Below are positions 58,555-64,000 of a stretch of DNA of 64,000 bases, piece by piece. The position numbers and the translations under genes are program-made. This DNA is from Azolla caroliniana. Taxonomy: Eukaryota > Plantae > Polypodiophyta. Numbering within the stretch: position 1 is the stretch's first letter; each line of letters begins with the position of its first letter. A model generated the notes under the pieces. That model saw nothing but the letters and a program-made list of their open reading frames with translations, was not told where the DNA came from and did not search any database. The DNA is taken from NCBI GenBank assembly GCA_043228905.1, contig JBHGNT010000016.1, positions 12,586,001 to 12,650,000 of the forward strand, in the 5' to 3' direction.

Positions 58555-60278
58555 TGTAAAGCATCGATGGTGATTCTTGTGTAGCAGAAGAGATGTGTGT
58601 TATGTGTATGTGTGAGAGGAAAGAGGAGAGGAGAGAAACACAAGATGGATAAGAGACAAAATGAAGTACTCAAGAAGCAGGAGATGTATATTAACAAGGA
58701 GAATATGATAAATGAAAATGTAGCATTACAATGAGTCACAACCGACTTAGTATGAAGTATGAGGAGGGTGATTTATATATAGTCACCCTCTCTCTTCATT
58801 AACTTTACAACAACCACTCTCTCTCTTGCGGAATGTGAAGACTCATAGTCATGGGGAATATGTAACCCATTAGTTATGTGTAATAGAATATGATTCTATG
58901 ACACATAGTTAATGTGTAGAGAGTAGTGGTGTGACTCTTGACCTTTGAGTAATCATGGTTTCTCAAAAGGTGTGTTCACATGTTGCACTATGTTGAGCTT
59001 GATTCTCAACATGCCCCCTCAAGCTCAACTCAGGTCGGTTCCTTTTGATTGATGTCCGCTTCGGCTGGTATCCGGTTCGGACGGTATCCGGTTCTCTCTT
59101 GTACTCCCCCTCAAGCTTGGCAAGTCAGGAATCGTCAATCCGAGGTCTGACATGAATTGCTGAAGCTTGTCGACTCCTAAGGCTTTGGTGAAGATGTTGG
59201 TCGTCTGAAGATTCGTGTTGATGTGTTGAAGGTCGACATCTCCGGCTTGTACGCGCTCTCGAATGAAGTGATAGTGCACTTCGATATGCTTTGTGCATGC
59301 GTGGAACACCGGGTTCCAAGCCAGATATGTATTGCTCATGTTGTCACAGTAAATGGGAGTCAGATCCTTGATGGGGATGCCCAGATCCTTCAAAATCCTC
59401 TTGAGCCATACGGCTTCACATGCAGCTACGGTTGCGCCCCTGTATTCGGCCTCTGTACTTGAAAGTGCGACGGTAGGCTTCTTCTTACTACTCCAAGATA
59501 TTGCTCCGCTATCGAGCGAGAAGACAAATCCGGAGGTCTATCGTCGATTACCTTTGTAGCCTGCCCAGTACGCGTATGTGTACCCTTCGAGTCATATTGG
59601 TGTGGCCGATGCGTAGAGAACGTCATAATCCATTGTGCCACTCACATATCATAATACTCGCTTAGCGCAATCCAAGTGAATGTCACGTGGTTTTTGCATG
59701 ATTTGGCTGAGGAGTCTGACTAGATAGCTAAGGTCGGGTCGAGTGATCATGAGATAGATGAGGCTCCCAATCAGTTCACAATATTGGGTCGGCTCGCACT
59801 CGTTTGTGTTGGAGTCAGCATCTAGTTTGAGGTTTCGATCAAGAGGCGTAGCGACTGATTTGCACTCAGTCATCCAAAACTTGTATAACAAGTTGAGAAT
59901 GTAGTGTCGTTGAGAGATCATAATGCCGGCCGAAATCCGTATTACTTTGATGCTAAGGAAGTAATGGAGCTCCTTCATGTCCGTCATCTCGAATTTTCCG
60001 GAGAGGGACTTGACCTTGTTGATGTCGACTAGACTTTCACCTCCAATGACCAGATCATCCACGTATAGGATGATGACAATTAGGCTTCTAGAGTTATGTC
60101 ATACGTAGAGGGAGTTGTTGGATTTCGACATTCGAAAGCCGATTTGATGAAGATAGTGTGTAATCTTCGAATGCCAAGCACGCGGTGCTTGCTTAAGTTC
60201 GTAGAGTGGCTTCTTGAGTCGGCACGTGGCTTTCGGATGAATGCACGATTCGAAGCTAGGAGGTTGTACCATGTACAC
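58555..60278 (-). mobile_element. Copia element M, 3' part (LTR 58555-59011, PPT, RNase H, RT), interrupted by N
   Basis: TKHIEVHYHFIRE, YVDDLVIGG, LKQAPRAW; LTR starts TGTTGAGAATCAAGCTCAACA on minus strand. Confidence 0.88.
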
Positions 60279-60350
60279 TGTTGGGATATCGGTCCCTCCG
60301 GATGGGATGTCCGGAGATGAATGACGGCAAGCCCGGTTGCGGTTACGGAA

Positions 60351-60700
60351 CCGGATGATGAAGAGTACCCGGATACGGATCCGGATGATGAAGAGTACCC
60401 GGATACGGATCCGGATGATGAAGAGTACCCGGCATGAAGCCGGATGAAGAGTACCCGGATACGGATCCGGATGATGAAGAGTACCCGGCATGAAGCCGGA
60501 TGAAGAGTACCCGGATACGGATCCGGATGATGAAGAGTACCCGGCATGAAGCCGGATGAAGAGTACCCGGATACGGATCCGGATGATGAAGAGTACCCGG
60601 CATGAAGACCGGATGAAGAGTACCCGGATACGGATCCGGATGATGAAGACCCCGGTATCGGAGCCGGATGATGAGTGTACCCGGAGAGAGATCCGGATGC
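60351..60700 (+). repeat. Tandem array in U3 of N: ~12 subunits of 27-30 bp forming a 56-bp higher-order unit
   Basis: CCGGATG(ATG)AAGAGTACCCGG followed by ATACGGAT or CATGAAG. Confidence 0.93.
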
Positions 60701-61177
60701 GGGGACATATTTGTGAATATGTTTGCCAAGGGCCCTCGAGGCTATATTTGTAAATAGCCCGAAAGTCATATGTGTATAAATATGACTTAGGGCAAACAGT
60801 TTATGTTGTTGCTCATTTTCTGTTTTCTTCTTAGAGGGAGCGAAGTGAGAGCAGCCGAGAGAGAGAAAGAGAGAAACGAGGAGGTCGTTGCCTCTGTGTA
60901 TTACCGCCGCCTGTGGCGAAGATAGTGAGCTCAAGGTTGTTGCCTTGAAGCTTCACCATTGTACATCTCTGTTCATAGTGATAGTTGGAGTTTGAGGACT
61001 CCCGTGGTTTTTCCCATATAGGGTTTCCACGTTAATCCCTGTGTCATCGTGTCTTTCTCTGTGTTTCCTATTTTCTGCTGCATTGATTCGCGAATACTCG
61101 GTTGTGGCCGAGCGGCGAAGGACAATCGGAGCATTGATTCTCGACAAAGTGGTATCAGAGCGACGGCAGTGCAGAGA

Positions 61178-64000
61178 ATGGAAGGCGGCAGCAGCGGGCA
61201 GCCGGGGATGATGGTGCTGAATGCACAGAACTACGCCGACTGGAAGATCAAGATGGAGGATCTTCTGATTGTTCGGGACCTGTACGAACCGATTGACAGG
61301 TCGGAAATACCGAAAGGGGTACTTGAGACGGAATGGAGGCTTCTGAACCGGAAAGCCGTAGCGACGATCCGGCAATATGTCGATGTAAGCGTCCTACAGC
61401 ATGTGGCGAACGACACCAACGCATACGAGATGTGGAAGAAGCTGTCGGGCCTCTACGAGAGGAAGAATGCGTTGAACCGGACCTCCCTGATGAGGAAGAT
61501 AGTGAACCTCAAGTACCGGGACGGCGAGAGTATGGTGGAACACGTAAGCACGTTCATGGGATTCGTGAACCAGCTTGCGGCGATCAAGTTCCCGCTGGAG
61601 GATGCAATGCAAGCCATCATTCTGATGTGTACATTGCCGGAAAGTTGGGAGAACTTGGTGGTGACTCTCAGCACCTCCTGCACCGAAGATAACTTGTCTT
61701 TACAAACGGTAAAGACAAGTATTTTGAACGAAGAAGCGCGTCGGAGAGATAAAGAACCGGCCTCCGACTCGAAGGCGCTGCTTACCGAATCGGAACGGGG
61801 AAGACAATGGAACCGGAGTCCGCAAAGACGGGAGAAGTCGGGGACCCGGTCGCAGTCAAGAGGAAGACCCACATGCTTCCACTGTGGGAAGCCGGGGCAC
61901 TTCCGGAAGAATTGTCGGCATTACCGAAAAGACAACGGAGCCGACGACACCGATTCGAAGAAGTCACCGGAGAGAAACGGTGCATACCGGGGAGCCACGG
62001 ACCGGAGAGGTTCGGATCGGCGAGGGCAGGACCGGAAAGGAACGACGGCACTCGCGGCAAGTGAAGAGGAGATCATGCTCATTACCGAAGAGAGGGAGCT
62101 GAACCTTGCCGGAGAGGAGATGACCTGGGTGGTCGATTCCGGAGCGTCGTTCCACCTGACCCCGGAGAAGAATTACTTCTCATCCTACACAGCCGGTGAA
62201 CATGGTTGTGTCCGGATGGGAAATGAAGGTACGTGCCGGATTGCCGGCATAGGAGACGTGTGGCTGATGACATCAACCGGATGCAAGATGCTGCTGAAGG
62301 ATGTGCGACACGTTCCGGAGGTTCGATTGAACCTGATCTCGGCCGGGAGGCTAGACGATGAAGGCTACACGGGTAGCATCCGGAACGGTGTCATGAAGTT
62401 CAGCAAAGGGAGCCTGATAGTGGCTCGGGCCTGGAAAGTCAACACACTGTACCTGATGAATGCCCGGTTGTGTCCGGAAGAGTTGAACGTGGCAGCCGAC
62501 ACTGCCGGTGAGCTGTGGCACAAGAGGCTGTGCCACATGAGTGAGAAGGGGATGAAGAGGCTTGCAGAAGACAACCTTATTCCAGTGAAGCATGTGCACC
62601 TAGAGAAGTGCACCGACTGTCTGGCCGGTAAGCAAAACCGGACCTCCTTCCACTCAAGGCCACCGATGAGACGTGGCGCACCATTGGAGTTGGTGCACAC
62701 TGACGTGTGTCAGGTAGAAACGAAGTCACATGGCGGAGCCCAGTACTTCGTGACATTCATTGATGACCACAGCCGGAAGCTGTGGACGGCACCGTTGAAG
62801 ACAAAGGACCAAGTACTGTCCGTCTTCAAAGAACTCCACGCGAGAGTGGAAAGGGAATCCGGCAAGAAGCTGAAAGCGATACGAGCGGATAACGGAGGGG
62901 AATACCGGGGACAGTTCCAGGAGTACTGTCGCTCGAAGGGAATCCGGCTCGAGTTTACTGTGCCGAAGACGCCGGAACTGAACGGGCTGGCCGAGAGGAT
63001 GAACCGGACCATAATGGAGAGGGTCCGGAGTATGCTGGCGCATGCGAAATTACCCAAGGGGTTTTGGGCTGAGGCAATGTCGACGGCGACATACGTGATA
63101 AACAGATCACCCTCAGTACCTTTGGACGGAGACACGCCGCAGAAAGTGTGGACCGGTAAGGAAGTGTCCTACCGGCATCTGAAGGTGTTCGGGTGTCTCG
63201 CATACGTGCATGTGGCAAAGGACCGGAGAGGAAAGTTAGATCCAAAGACCCGGCCATGCATATTCCTCGGTTACGGCGACGACGAGTTCGGCTACCGAGT
63301 ATGGGACCCGGTCGACAAGAAGATATTCAGGAGTCGAGACATCATCTTCATGGAGGACAAGACACTCGCCGACTGGGAGTCGGAGAAGAAGATGAAGAGC
63401 TCCAAGTCGACCGGTGAGGATCAACTCTACGAGGAGCAGTCCCGACCGGCAAGGGACCGGTTAGCACTCGAGGATCCGGCCGAAGACGGTGAAGAAACAG
63501 AACCGGCCGAAGAAGATGAAAATGATACCGGAACCGGCCCCGATCCCGAAATGGATTCGGATGAAGAAGAATCGGAAGAACCGGTTACCGAAGCTCCCGA
63601 ACGGAGATATCCTCTAAGAGAGAGGAGGGCCCCCCGGAGATTTCCGGATCCAGAGCACGTGCTGTTAACCGACGAGGGGGAGCCGGAGAGCTTTGAAGAA
63701 GCAAAACGTGACACCCAGAGCCGCAGGTGGTTGAGTGCCATGCAGGACGAGATGGATTCCCTGCATGAGAACCACACATATGAACTTGTGGAGTTGCCAA
63801 AAGGAAAGCGGGCACTTCGAAACAAGTGGGTGTTCAAGCTGAAACCGGGAGATGCCGGAAACCCCCCGAGATACAAAGCCAGGATCGTGGTGAAGGGGTT
63901 TCAGCAAAAGAAGGGCGTCGACTTCGACGAGATATTTGCCCCGGTAGTGAAGATGACCTCCATCCGGACGGTGCTGAGCATAGCGGCAAGCATGGACCTC
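61178..64000 (+). CDS. gag-pol: Copia N gag-pol polyprotein (3'-partial, no stop seen in window)
   Basis: ATG at 61178 (MEGGSSGQPGMMVLNAQNYADWKIKMEDLL); CFHCGKPGHFRKNC, WVVDSGASFH, LWHKRLCH, IRADNGGEY, YKARIVVKGF; absent from the ORF track, consistent with no in-frame stop. Confidence 0.9.
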   Translation, partial: MEGGSSGQPGMMVLNAQNYADWKIKMEDLLIVRDLYEPIDRSEIPKGVLETEWRLLNRKAVATIRQYVDVSVLQHVANDTNAYEMWKKLSGLYERKNALNRTSLMRKIVNLKYRDGESMVEHVSTFMGFVNQLAAIKFPLEDAMQAIILMCTLPESWENLVVTLSTSCTEDNLSLQTVKTSILNEEARRRDKEPASDSKALLTESERGRQWNRSPQRREKSGTRSQSRGRPTCFHCGKPGHFRKNCRHYRKDNGADDTDSKKSPERNGAYRGATDRRGSDRRGQDRKGTTALAASEEEIMLITEERELNLAGEEMTWVVDSGASFHLTPEKNYFSSYTAGEHGCVRMGNEGTCRIAGIGDVWLMTSTGCKMLLKDVRHVPEVRLNLISAGRLDDEGYTGSIRNGVMKFSKGSLIVARAWKVNTLYLMNARLCPEELNVAADTAGELWHKRLCHMSEKGMKRLAEDNLIPVKHVHLEKCTDCLAGKQNRTSFHSRPPMRRGAPLELVHTDVCQVETKSHGGAQYFVTFIDDHSRKLWTAPLKTKDQVLSVFKELHARVERESGKKLKAIRADNGGEYRGQFQEYCRSKGIRLEFTVPKTPELNGLAERMNRTIMERVRSMLAHAKLPKGFWAEAMSTATYVINRSPSVPLDGDTPQKVWTGKEVSYRHLKVFGCLAYVHVAKDRRGKLDPKTRPCIFLGYGDDEFGYRVWDPVDKKIFRSRDIIFMEDKTLADWESEKKMKSSKSTGEDQLYEEQSRPARDRLALEDPAEDGEETEPAEEDENDTGTGPDPEMDSDEEESEEPVTEAPERRYPLRERRAPRRFPDPEHVLLTDEGEPESFEEAKRDTQSRRWLSAMQDEMDSLHENHTYELVELPKGKRALRNKWVFKLKPGDAGNPPRYKARIVVKGFQQKKGVDFDEIFAPVVKMTSIRTVLSIAASMDL

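Larger units (their letters stand above)
60279..64000 (+). mobile_element. Copia element N (Tnt1/Tork-like), apparently intact, runs off the window
   Basis: 5' LTR 60279-61146 (TGTTGGG...TCGACA), PBS TGGTATCAGAGC 61150-61161, open gag-pol. Confidence 0.95.

Noticed and set aside
60351-60700. Repeat array resembling a CRISPR
   Set aside because: Intervening segments are only two recurring 7-8-mers, not unique spacers; it lies inside a copia LTR and there are no cas genes
60080-60934. 284-aa Ser/Gly repeat ORF and overlapping repeat ORFs
   Set aside because: Translation of the LTR tandem array, spanning the M/N junction
1-64000. Host protein-coding genes among the many short ORFs
   Set aside because: The ORFs I could interpret are TE domains, their antisense or off-frame shadows, or LTR low-complexity sequence

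Overview
This is eukaryotic plant heterochromatin, most likely from a non-seed land plant such as a moss or fern (inferred from Phygy-like and Tcn1-like gypsy elements). It contains no host genes. The 64 kb resolve into about 20 nested, mostly decayed LTR retrotransposon copies (Ty1/copia and Ty3/gypsy), one hAT-like non-autonomous DNA transposon and a short ~360-bp satellite remnant. I label the elements A-O and X. One copia element is nearly intact (O, 29863-35445), and another has an uninterrupted gag-pol ORF that runs off the right edge (N, from 60279). The most unusual signal is a non-chromovirus gypsy family (E, F, G) with a normal tRNA-Arg primer-binding site (PBS) at the 5' LTR. In E and F there is no polypurine tract (PPT) at the 3' LTR (G has lost this region). 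Instead they carry a second, oppositely oriented tRNA-Arg PBS in a tRNA-like hairpin, conserved in two copies with unrelated LTRs. This suggests dual tRNA priming. The family also encodes a large extra ORF resembling a plant mobile domain (PMD) plus coiled coil. Coordinates were read by eye, and family names come from recalled motifs, not database searches.
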